A stretch of DNA of 64,000 nt from NCBI GenBank assembly GCA_964016885.1, contig OZ024764.1:20522001-20586000 (forward strand), read 5' to 3'. Shown piece by piece: positions 52,951 through 63,929 of the stretch. The notes under the pieces are model-generated. The model had not been told where the DNA came from, ran no database searches, and was given only the letters and a program-made list of their open reading frames with translations. Position numbers and translations under genes: made by a program. Positions within the stretch are counted from its first letter, which is position 1. Each line of letters starts with the position of its first letter. Source of the stretch: Eledone cirrhosa. Taxonomy: Eukaryota.

Positions 52951-53546
52951 TTTAATATTTTTTTAAGGCAACGCTTGTAATAACTCTAGTTAAACAGGAT
53001 ATATATTAATAATAAATTATCGTTGTAATGTAATTAGATTATGTAATTGTTATTATAAATTATCTTATAAATATTAGTGTAAGATGTATAAAAATATTTT
53101 CAGACTTTTAATATAAACAACTACAAAAAACAATCAATATTAAATCAATATATTATACATAATAGAAAACATAAAATAAACAATACAAAAACAAAATATT
53201 TACATACAATTGCAATTATCAGTGTATATACATTTTCTTTATATTCCCTGAGCAAATTAATAAGATTTGTTTTTATTGTACATAATTTGATGACTTGTTG
53301 GAGTGTATTAAAAGATAGCAACAATTTGTGATTAAATTGTTATCTTAAGCAACTCACTTTTTAATAGTTGTTGGCTGAGCGAAATTGTAAAAGCCTATGA
53401 GCAAATATAAAAAAAAATACACAAACAACATTTCCTTGTGTTATTACAACATTAGATAAAATAATTGAGCAATGTCGTTATATTTTGCTCTTATTGCACA
53501 TTAATAGTGTTTCTATTTTTCAGCACAAATCCATTACGGCAGTCCA

Positions 53547-53670
53547 TTACTGGTACTTTATTTTATCGAATTAGTAAGTATGAAAGTCGAAGTTAACCTC
53601 GGCAGGATTTGAACTTAGAATGCAAAGGACCATAACAATACTGCAAAGCATGGTGTCTGACGCTCTACCA
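53547..53670 (-). mobile_element. SINE fragment (same family as 50000-50147; a shorter piece lies at ~56337-56382)
   Basis: tactggtactttattttatcga…atgaaagtcgaagttaacctcggcaggatttgaact. Confidence 0.65.
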
Positions 53671-54143
53671 ATACTTGTGTTGAGCTGGTCATTAATTTAT
53701 GGTGGTCGTGCGTGGAGTAGAGCAATCGCTAGTTGAAATATTATGAACAAAACATTTTTATTTGCCGAAGAACATATTTTCAATACTGTTTGTGAATGTG
53801 ACGAAGGAAATACATTCTGATATGGAACAGTGTACAAAGTGTGTCTGTGAATAACATAATGTTACCTCATGTTGTTGTCAAGACATAATGGATTTCGTAT
53901 ATCCAGTTAGAAGATGAAACCTAGCCATCTCGGATTAGTTATATTTCATGCCATGTGTAAACGTGTTTGAGGATAGCAAAATATGCGTGTTTCTTGTCTG
54001 GAAACTTTCTGCTAAACTGATTGGTTTCGTTTTTGGCACTATACAATACTCATCCAACAGATAGCTGTATTGGATCCTTGATTGGTTAATATTTAGGTGA
54101 GGGTGCTTGATGCAGAGTTAGTGCAAAATGGATCAATGAGTGT

Positions 54144-54795
54144 AATAATAATAATGATAATAATAATGAAAATATTGTGTACAATGCTGAGGTGCACTAC
54201 AACTCATCAAAAGTGCATATATAATACATAGGGTAATATAAAAACGTCAGGAAAAAAGAACAGTGCATGAGTCATGATATACACATATGTGCATGTGTAT
54301 GGAAGGGGGACATCAGGTGTAGTTTTGGTGTATTTCGGAATGTATGATGGTTTTAAAGGATGCAGTGTGTCATCAGCTAACAACTGATGCAGGAAGTTTG
54401 TTCCATCCTTCAGCAACTCTGAGCATGAAGAAATATTTCCTAAAGTCATGGGAGCTGTGTTGTTTTCTGACTTTGTAGGCATGTCCACGTGTTAGACACA
54501 TGGAGATCAAAAAGGTGTTCGGGGTTGTTGTTGGTCGGATGGTTAATAACTTTGTGGGTGTTTACCAAGTCCATTGCCAGAGGGAAGCAAAATATTCAGG
54601 GTATGGTAGGTGTCTGATGGAGGGTATGCGTTTGGTTGCATGTCTCTGAACAGTTTCCAGGAGGTCAATGTTCTGAGCAAGATAGGGGTTCCAGACTGAT
54701 GACGCGAACTCCAAGTGTATTCGTACCATAGATGTATACAGCTTTAAATAGATGGCTGGAGAGCAGCTAATGAAGGTCTTGGTGATTGATGCCAA
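54144..54795 (-). mobile_element. CR1/L2-clade LINE 3' fragment
   Basis: ORF 54562-54795 contains LYTSMVRIHLEFASSVWNPY…LETVQRHATK (CR1 post-RT motif); reverse (TTA)n tail at 54144-54167. Confidence 0.85.
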
Positions 54796-55008
54796 GTCAA
54801 TCTTAATAAATTGACTGATTTATCTGTTCACTACTGCTAATCCACCGCTGTTTGTACAATTTTTTAGATAATGTCAATTTGAGCTTGAATCATTGGCGTA
54901 ATGAAATTTGAAAAGATTATAAGCAAATCTTTTTTTAAAATACACAGACAACATTTAACTGTATCGTTGCAACATTAGATCTAATAATGGAGCAACATTT
55001 GTGCAGAA

Positions 55009-55473
55009 TTATTGTTTGTGCAATAAGATATTTGCAGATCTGTACTTGGTCTGCTCTTTAGCCAACTCGGTACGTTTAGAAGCTCTACGCTCGGCTTGCT
55101 TTTGAGATATAATAGCTGAATTTGCAGATCTATACTTGGCCTGCTTGTTTGCCAACTCATACCGTTTTGAACATCTATACTTGGCCTGTTTTTGTGTTAA
55201 TTTAGCAAAATTCACAGCTCTATAATCGGCCTGTTTTTGTCTCAACTTCTCCCGATTCCGCATCCGGTAAGCTGCTTTCACATCCAATTTAATACGCCCA
55301 TCTAGATTATTAGCACAGGAATGTGAACAAGCTTGTGGGACCGCATCATTGTAAGTATATGAACTGCCTGCAACATCAAGACCCAATTCACAAGTGCAGC
55401 GTTGCTCATTCACATCGGCAGTGGGGACACCAAAATCAGTGACAGGTCTCGATTCACTCGCGAGATACATCAC
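55009..55473 (-). other. ORF fragment with a 15-aa basic helical repeat (QKQAKYRxxN…); possibly transposon-derived
   Basis: Five imperfect 45-bp units (QKQADYR, QKQAKYR, NKQAKYR, QKQAERR, KEQTKYR); GC content is visibly higher than in the flanks. Confidence 0.4.
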
Positions 55474-55501
55474 AGCTACACTATATATTTAAACATATAT
55501 A

Positions 55502-55562
55502 CAGTGATACCTCGCTACTTGGCGGTTCAACTATCGCGGATTCACGATTTCGCGCATTTTTA
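55502..55562 (+). mobile_element. Tc1/mariner (Tigger/pogo-like) element terminus
   Basis: TA followed by CAGTGATACCTCGCTACTTGGCGGTT…ATCGCGGATTCACGATTTCGCG; the partner TIR was not found. Confidence 0.5.
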
Positions 55563-55751
55563 GAATATATATATGAACACCTAAAATTTTTCATTAAATC
55601 CATTAAAATATTAATAATAAACACAGTTCTAATCATACGCTATATATATATATATATAAATATAAGTAATTAATACCGTATAAATGGTACAAAGACTGTT
55701 TATGTAAAATGTATTTCTCAACAGAGTATTGAATACTTAGGAGAAATTCAA

Positions 55752-55945
55752 AACGAAGAGTGATAACATTTCAAGCAAAGAGTTTAATTAGGTAATGACT
55801 TACAAATTTGTTTCAGTATATAGACAAAGCCTGAAGCGCTAATTATAATAATTAGTTAATAATATTATATTAAAGATATACTGAAACAAATTTGTAAGTC
55901 ATTACCGAATTAAACTCTTTGCTTGAAATGTTATCATTCTTCGTT
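55752..55945. repeat. 70-bp inverted repeat pair with a 54-bp spacer
   Basis: 55752-55821 vs 55876-55945, two mismatches seen. Confidence 0.9.
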
Positions 55946-56989
55946 GAGAGAGAGAGAGAGAGATTTATCTAGTCCTTCGCTCAAGATTAATCTATAAGTT
56001 TAGATGTCTGCCTTCGTTTAAGTAAATATTACAGTAAGATTTTTAATATAAACAACTACAAAAAACAATTAATATTAAAAAGAAAAAATTATCAATGATA
56101 AAAGAAGCGGATGCAACTTTTTTTTTTATAAAGTTATATTCCTGTTTCTTTAAAGAACATTTCATTTTTGTTCTATTGTAGGCGAAATAATGCAATGGTT
56201 TAATAGGGAAGATATAACTTACCAATTATGTCTCTAACCGTGTAACGCTTTTTAAGTAGATAACTACAATTGAAAATACTAAAGAAATGGAACCAACAAT
56301 TCAATTTGAAAGTCGTCTACTTATAGTGACAGTGTATTACTGGTACTTTATTTTATCGATCCCGTAACGATGAAAGGCAAATGCTTAAAATTTAAATTGC
56401 TTTAATTCTATCGTCTGCTGTTTCATTAAAGGGAGATTCTCGTCTGTATTTAATTCTATCGTCTACTGTTCCACTAAACAGATATACCTCCACTATCGTC
56501 TCTATTTATACATTTTAACTTATAACTTATACACATTTGATTTGAAATATTTTATCTAGTCCCCCCTCTCAATATTATGATGATTTCTTTCGAATGAAAC
56601 AGTTCTAGTCCTGTAGAAGCCATTTATATATATAATTGAACTGAGTTAAAAATTCACAATATTTATAATTAAATAAGCTCATATATATATATGTGTGTAT
56701 TTATCTGTTTATTGTATTATATATAATGTGTGTATATACAGGATGTCCCCCCAAAATATATACACACTTCAACAGCATTCTAATAACTATTGCCTGTACA
56801 GGTAATCAAAGTGTCAATCGAATGTTAGTTTCGTGTTTTAACAGTACAAATTTACAATACACACATAAAACCAGTGTATATACATACATGAGTGTGTATA
56901 CACATACATGAATGTGTATATACAATATATATGTATATATATATATAGACACATATATTCACGGTGCAACAGAACATTAAAATATAGAT

Positions 56990-57300
56990 GCGGGAGGGGG
57001 GTGTATATATATAGGGGCGCTGGGGATAAAGGAGTGTAAAGCGTGTGTAATTGATATATTGAAGGAGAGGAGCGTGCAGCGATAGAGTAACAAATATATA
57101 GAGAGGGGGAGAGATGGTATTGAAGGGGAGGAGTGTAAAGCGAAAGAGTAAGAGAGATATATATAGAGCCGGAACAGATAGAGAGAAACAGGCGTAAGTA
57201 ACAGTGGAAGAGATATATATAGAGGGGGAAATGTGTTATTGAAGGGGAGGAGTGTAAAGCGAAAGCGTAAGATATATATAGAGAGAGGGGGAATAGTATA
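56990..57300. repeat. Degenerate purine-rich ~60-bp tandem repeat
   Basis: tattgaaggggaggagtgtaaagcgaaag…tatatatagag recurs near 57057, 57118 and 57237. Confidence 0.7.
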
Positions 57301-57424
57301 TATATATATATACTACCGTTAACTACTTTTCCCATCTTGACGTTATAGTCGCATATATGTTATAGAATGCCGTTAGCTTCTTGCTAAAACAATCTCTATA
57401 CCTCTCATTTATATATATATATAT

Positions 57425-58010
57425 ACGTTATTCCGGGTTGAATCGGAGGTAACCACAGTAAGTAAGGTACTCAATACATAGCAGAGTATAACAGTTTTAA
57501 TATAGATGAGATTCTACAGGACTAGAACTGTTTCATTCATTAGAAATCATCAGGAGTCTGGGTATCAAAAAATAAATATGGTATTTATAGGTCTTTACAA
57601 GTGGTAGGAGAGGGTGGGGAGTGGGATGGGTGCAGGTCATTGGTTGATAGAAAAGGGAATTCATTAAAGGCTAATTCTACAAAGCTATAGTTTATTTTTA
57701 TTTTTATTTTTATTTATATTTATTTATGTTTTTAGAGTAACAAAGGCAGACAGAATTCTATAAACAGGTTCCGGATGGCATACCATTCCTTGTCAATAAG
57801 TTTCTCTTAAGCTAACAGATGTCTATAAAGTCAGTAGGGGTCAGTCATGGTCGATAGAATTAAAGAAAAGGGAGATTCTTTAAAAGCTAAAGTCATTAAG
57901 GTTCTACTAAGTGACAAAGGTCTAGAGAATTCTGCAGACAGATTCAAAATACTGAGTGCATATCCTACTATTATCTTCGAACTTCTCTTAAACTAATCAA
58001 CTATATGCCA
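57425..58010 (-). mobile_element. Penelope-like element terminal repeat (pLTR) remnant
   Basis: Carries a hammerhead motif followed on the minus strand by ATTAAA, and ends in (TA)n. An internal ~200-bp diverged duplication is present. Boundaries are approximate. Confidence 0.5.
57509..57559 (-). ncRNA. Type I hammerhead ribozyme motif (possibly degenerate)
   Basis: Minus strand: AGACUC-CUGAUGA-U UUC UAAU GAA U-GAAA-CAG UUCUAGUC CUG-UA-GAAUCU. Intact core, stem I 5 of 6 pairs, stem II 3 bp plus a U-U closing pair, stem III 4 bp, GUA cleavage triplet. Confidence 0.65.
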
Positions 58011-58677
58011 AAAATCAACAGACACATTCACAAAAAAACAAGAAAACAAAAAAACAAAAAAACACATACTCACTCACACACTTACGCGCAACCATAAACA
58101 CACACACAAACACATATACACACATAAAAACACACACACATATATATAAAAAAGTGTTGATATATATATATATATCAACACTTACTCTGATTGGTTGAAA
58201 ATTAGCCAATGACATACGATCACCACCACCACGGCTATCCCGGGAAAATTTATGAAGAAGTTAGGCATATATGTTATTATTATTATGTTATTATATATAT
58301 AATATGTTATGTTATAATGTTATAGAACACGAAAAGTGAACATTCTGTTGTTTCACACTTTTCGTGTTCTAACAGATATACATACAGACACACATATACA
58401 CACCCACACATATATATATAAGAGAAAATAATCACACACGCAATACTAATTAACACCATATCACTATAGAGACCTGTTGTAAATAAACAAAGAGTGTATC
58501 GTAAATTTCATTGTAAAAAAAACAAAAAACACATTCACTTGTCAGAAAACCTAGTTTCATATTCGAGGACGTAAAACTTAACCTATGCCCTTAGCTGTTC
58601 TATTTTAATTACATTTACTGATTTCAACTTTCATTTTTTATTACAAACTTTACATAATTTAATTCCGTAAAAATATT

Positions 58678-58808
58678 TTACGTCACAAAAAAATCATTGA
58701 AGCATGCGCAGTGGTGCAGTTGTCGACTTCCTGTCCACGTGTTAGTCTTCCTACAACATCATTTAGACATTTCTGTAAATACTAAACACCTGAGACTATA
58801 ATGTAAGT
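58678..58808 (+). promoter_or_regulatory. Second copy of the candidate promoter/first exon
   Basis: TTACGTCA at 58678, GCATGCGCA at 58702, ACTTCCTG, CACGTG and a GTAAGT donor at 58803-58808. Confidence 0.5.
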
Positions 58809-59340
58809 ATTACGTCTATTAATATTGTAGATTTAAGCTCACTTTTCACATCACAAATATATATTTTCTTGTTTGTTTCATTACTGGAAATATAAAATGT
58901 TATCGTAATTATCTATATTTTACCTACCTCTAATTAATTAAAGTGAAAACTTTTGTTGTTGCTGAAAAATAAATTAACAAAACTAAATATTTAAATATTC
59001 TAAAGGTCGTTTTTATATTATGTGATGATATAATTAATATATTTTATTACAATTGTATAAATTTACAGTAGAATAACGTTGTAAATATGTTTTAAATATA
59101 TACATAAATAACATAAGTGTATAAATAACATTATACATTGCTGGCAATTCCTTGAGAAAGACATTACAAATATATTGTCTAAACTGTGTATAATAATATA
59201 ATTTATTGAACAATAATGATAAAGGAAAGAAAAACACAGTGGGAGATGGCAATTGACCACCAAGTGTGATAATAGGCCACACCTCACACCTTAGGGGTTA
59301 ACTACACACTTTGAGGCAAGCCAACACACTGGCAGCATTA

Positions 59341-59558
59341 CTAAGGTGTTGAAATAACCAGGTACCCTCACGGGTATCACCTGGTACCTCAGTAAGGCGA
59401 GGCTAAGGTGTTGAAATAACCAGGTACCCTCACGGGTATCACCTGACACCTCGGTAAGGTGAGGCTAAGGGGCTGAAATAACCAGGTACCCTCACGGGTA
59501 TCACCTGACACCTTGGTAAGGTGAGTCTAAGGGGCTGAAATAACCAGGTACCCTCACG
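59341..59558. repeat. 62-bp minisatellite, about 3.5 copies
   Basis: Unit starts at 59341, 59403, 59465 and 59527. Confidence 0.9.
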
Positions 59559-59914
59559 GAAACGACTAGATTTGTAGAAAAAGTAGGGTGAAAGTATACG
59601 AAGAGATGTAGTTTCACAGATCTACTCACACCTCACGTTGGGTGGGAAATAATTATTTTTCTTAGATTTTTTTCTAGACCCCTTTTCAATATTTTCTCTG
59701 AACCCCTTAGATACTTGCAATAGACGTTTTATTCCCCAGTATTAGGGTTAGGGTTTCCGTTTTCAGGAAGAAAAGTCGATTGCAAACATCTAAGAGGTCG
59801 AGAAAAATAATAAGGAAAGATAATTATTTCCCAGCCAACTGGAGAAGTGTGTAGCTCTTCTAAACTCTGATAATCCTGTCTCCCACTTCTTTATCTACAA
59901 ATCTAGTCGTTTCC
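59558..59914. mobile_element. Palindromic MITE-like element centred on TTAGGGTTAGGG
   Basis: Outer 21-bp perfect inverted repeat GGAAACGACTAGATTTGTAGA / TCTACAAATCTAGTCGTTTCC, with imperfect inner arms. The copy at ~49598-49822 lacks the left outer arm. Confidence 0.7.
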
Positions 59915-60423
59915 TGCTACTTTGAAGGCCCTATTTATTGATAACACCATTTGTAAATCTTTGTCAACTTTTCATACGTAAAATTGTGAATCAGTTATTT
60001 TTAAACAAACTATCAAAGAAGTGATCTCACAGTAACCGTGTTTGATTTAATCAACTTATTCCCCCCAAACATTGTCGACCTTGTGTCTAAATCAGAAACT
60101 ATTATTAGATCTTAAATCAACCTCGTAAAGATGAAGGGCAAAGCTAACCTCGGCGGGATTTCAACCCTTTATGTTATGAGTTCAAATCCCACCAAAGTTA
60201 ACTTTGTCTTTCATTCTAACGGAGTGGATAAATTAAAGTTCCAGTAATCTACTGGGGTCTGAGATATTAACGTTTGAGTAGATTCTATCTTTTTGTGTGT
60301 TTGTATTTATAATCTTACTAGAAACCCTGTGACCTGTTGCGTCACGTTCCCTTTAAAAATAATATTTAAATAATTAAAATATACACAGACATGTATATAA
60401 TGTAAAATGAAATTAGTAGGCCC

Positions 60424-60424
<1 letters not shown>

Positions 60425-60477
<53 letters not shown>

Positions 60478-60538
60478 ATATATATATATATGTGTGTGTG
60501 TGTGTATATATATATGTGTGTGTGTGTATATATATATA

Positions 60539-60578
<40 letters not shown>
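60425..60578. repeat. Compound (TA)n/(TG)n microsatellite
   Basis: Directly visible; about twice the length of the paralogous tract at 50317-50378. Confidence 0.97.
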
Positions 60579-60579
<1 letters not shown>

Positions 60580-63483
60580 ACACAGCGACGGCTTCAATAG
60601 AGTACATGGAGGCCATGGAGTTGGCACAAGGAATGGGGAAGGATTCAGACTTCTAGAATTCTGCGACGCCAATGATATGTCGATATGTAACACAAACTTT
60701 AAAAAACCCGACAACCACCTGATCACCTATAGATCAGGGGAGCACTCTAGTCAGTTAGATTTTATCCTCATCAGAGGACGTGATAGATGGACGGTCGTAA
60801 ACACAAAAGCCTTCCCTAGTGAGGAATGTACATCCCAACATAGCTTAGTTGTCAGCGACCTCACGGTCAGAACTAGACGAACCCGGAAACAGGCCAACCT
60901 GGAGAAGAAAGATCTGGAAGCTGAAAGTCCCCTCAACCAGTAACAGATTTAAAGATATTTTACTCAATGCCTACGACAGAAAAGAAGAACAGATAGAGAC
61001 ATTTAACGTAGAAGAGAACTGGGAGTTCCTATAAAATAACTTACTAAAGGTGACGGATGAGATCTGTGGCTGGAGTAAGACCTCAAGCAGGAGGAGAGTG
61101 ACTTGGTGGTGGAACAATAAGGTAGATGAAGCAGTTAAGGCCAAGAGACAGGCATGGAAAGAATGGAAGAACGGGGGGAGCAGGGTACATTACATAGAGA
61201 CCAAGAGGGAAGCTAGGCGACAAGTATACTTAGCTAGGAGGGAAGCAGAGGATAGAAAATTCAAGCATGTTTTACAACGTGGGGACCAGAAACAGGAGGT
61301 ATTCAAGATTGCAAGGCAGTGTGTCAGAGATAGTTGTGATGTCATTGGAGAGAAGTGTATCCGGAATGATAAAGGTGAGCTTGCCCTCACAAGTGCTGAG
61401 AAGAAAGATGCATGGAAGATTCATTATGATAGATTACTAAATGAGGAGAATGCATGGGAAGAAGAGACCCTACCCCAAGTAGACCCTATAGAGGGACCAG
61501 CAGTACAAGTCAGCAGCAGCGTAGTAAGTAAGGCAATCAAAGATATGAAGATGGGGAAGGCAACCGGTCCATCGGGTATAGCTGCCGAGATGCTGAAGGC
61601 ATCTGGGTCTGTAGGTCACACTATAACCACACGTATTGTTAACCAGGTAATACTAGAAGGGGCCATACCAAAAGACTGGTGCAGTAGTATCATTGTCAAC
61701 TGCTACAAAGGTAAAGGCGATGCACTAGATAGAGGAAACTATAGAGGTATAAAGTTGATGGACCAGGTCATGAAAGTAACAGAAAGAGTTATAGTACAGC
61801 TGATTAGGGACCAGGTGAAAATAGACGAGATGCATTTTGGGGTTTGTACCAGGAAGAGGCACCACTGATGCCCTCTTCCTTGTGAGGCAATTACAGGAAA
61901 AGTACCTAGCTAAAAGTAAGCCACTCTACTTGGCATTTGTCGACCTTGAGAAAGCCTTTGACAGAGTTCCACGTGTTGTAATCTGGTGGGCTCTTAGAAA
62001 ACTAGGAGTAGATGAATGGCTTGTGAAAGCGGTACAAGCCATGTATAGAGGAGCAGTCAGCAAAGTTAGGATTAGCAATGAGTATAGCGAGGAATTTAGC
62101 GTACAGGTTGGGGTCCACCAAGGCTCTGTTCTTAGCCCTCTCCTGTTCATCATAGTCCTGCAGGCAATAACGGAGGAGTTTAAGACCGGATGCCCATGGG
62201 AACTCCTGTATGCTGATGACCTCGCACTCATAGCTGAATCTATGGTAGAACTAGAGAATAAATTCCAAACCTGGAAGCAGGGACTAGAAAGAAAGGGTCT
62301 CAAAGTCAACACGACAAAGACTAAGGTCCTTGTAAGTAGATGAGAAAACAGAACCCAGATCCCCTCAGGGAAATGGCCTTGCTCAGTATGTAGGAAAGGT
62401 GTAGGTAGGAACTCCATTCTCTGCCCCAAATGCAAACAATGGGTACACAAGAGATGTAGCAGGATCTCAGGAAGCTTAATTAAGAATGTAGGATTCACGT
62501 GCAGCAGCTGTGCTGAAACAGCAAGCAGCAAACAGCCACAGGAAACAAGTACCACCAATCTCTGGGAGGGCCCTGTAGAAACAGTAGACAGCTTCTGCTA
62601 CCTAGGTGACCGAATTAGCAACGGAGGTGGGTGTTCAGAAAGTACAATAACTAGGGTAAGAACGGGATGGAAGAAGTTTAGGGAACTACTACCACTGCTA
62701 GCTGCAAAAGGCTTCTCCCTCAGAATGAAAGGCAGACTGTATGATGCGTGTATCCGAACAGCGATGTTGCATGGTAGTGAGACCTGGGCGCTGAAGGTGG
62801 AAGACTTACGTAGATTAGAGAGAAACGAAGCCTGCATGCTCCGATGGATGTGTAACAGTAATATACGTGAACGACAAAGCATAAATGAATTGAAAGAGAG
62901 ACTGAGCAGAAGAGGAATCAAATGCTGTGTGCAGGAGAGGCGGTTGCGCTGGTATGGACATGTGATGCGTATGAAGGATGACAGCTGCATAAAAAGGTGC
63001 AGAGCACTAGAAGTTGATGGAAACCGCGGAGTGGGGAGACCCAAGATGACCTGGGATGAGGTGATAAAAGCCGACCTTACCCAATTACACCTCTCAAAGA
63101 CAATGACACACGACCGTGACTTCTGGCGTCACGCAGTAATACAGAGTACCCGACCTCCCATGGGTACAAGCTGAAGCATATAGACAATATGCCCCCACAC
63201 CCCCCACTATAAAGTGGTCGTGGAGGTGCCACAGCAAAAAAAGCACCCAGCCCACACTGTAAAGTGGACGTGTAGGCACCACGAAAAAGCACCCAGCACT
63301 CACTGTAAATGAGGTTGGTGTTAGGAAGGGCATCCAGCTGTAGAAATCAAGCCAGATCAGTTCCTGTATGAGCAAGGCATGGTCAGCCGACCAGACACTG
63401 CACACAACAGGACAACCCGTCAAACCCATGCTAGCGTGGAAGAACGGACGTAAAACGGTGATGATGATGATGATGATGATGAT
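60579..63483 (+). mobile_element. 5'-truncated RTE-clade LINE, inactivated by frameshifts and stop codons
   Basis: C-terminal APE endonuclease region (…SQLDFIL…SQHSLV) and RT motifs (NYRGIKL, AFVDLEKAFD, GVHQGSVLSP, YADD), a Cys-rich CxxC…CxxC…H..C insert and LRWYGHV…GRP; (GAT)n tail at 63460-63483. Frameshifts near 60880 and 61840; stops at 61032 and 62341. Confidence 0.96.
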
Positions 63484-63802
63484 ACACACACGTCACTTGT
63501 TATAATTTTATAACTTTGTTCAACAGCACCACCAGCTATCTCTCTCACACACACCCATTATCTTTCTCTCTCTATTAGCAGAAAAACCCCATATCTCGGG
63601 AACCTGTGCATTGATTTACGTGAAACTTATTTTATCCCATTTGTATTCCCATTTCAGGGTCAACTTCCTTTCAAACTATTTTCCCATTATGCCCCGTTTT
63701 GGCTGTATTACATTACAGACAAGACACAATCACAGAGTTTTAGGTTTATAATGTTATAGTATCATGATAGGGTAATACAGTTATTTATAGACCTGTGGTA
63801 AA

Positions 63803-63895
63803 TGTTGGTTCAGTCCACCCTGAGGGGTGTTAGTGTTGGTTCAGTCCACCCTGGGGGGTGTAAGTGTTGGTTCAGTCTACCCTGAGGGGTGTCAG
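63803..63895. repeat. 31-bp minisatellite, 3 copies
   Basis: tgttggttcagtccaccctgaggggtgttag at 63803, 63834 and 63865. Confidence 0.9.
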
Positions 63896-63929
63896 TATTG
63901 GTCAATGATAACCTTTATAACTAGAGGCC

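Larger units (their letters stand above)
58590..63754 (+). repeat. Segmental duplication Y, copy 2 (contains the RTE LINE insertion)
   Basis: 58590-60578 aligns to 48682-~50380, and 63484-63754 aligns to ~50387-50661. Confidence 0.95.

Noticed and set aside
53102-56080. ~45-bp direct repeat (ttttaatataaacaactacaaaaaacaat) at ~53102 and ~56037 as an LTR pair or TSD
   Set aside because: It is too short and A-rich for LTRs, too long for a TSD, and the enclosed sequence is a mix of unrelated elements.
49131-60726. Short ORFs rich in Y/I/C/V/T/H (e.g. 50195, 50295, 56693, 56838, 58015, 60307, 60413)
   Set aside because: They are translations of (TA)n/(TG)n microsatellites or of AT-rich non-coding duplicated DNA.
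61190-63489. Minus-strand ORFs overlapping the RTE LINE
   Set aside because: They are antisense shadows of the LINE ORF with no recognisable motifs.
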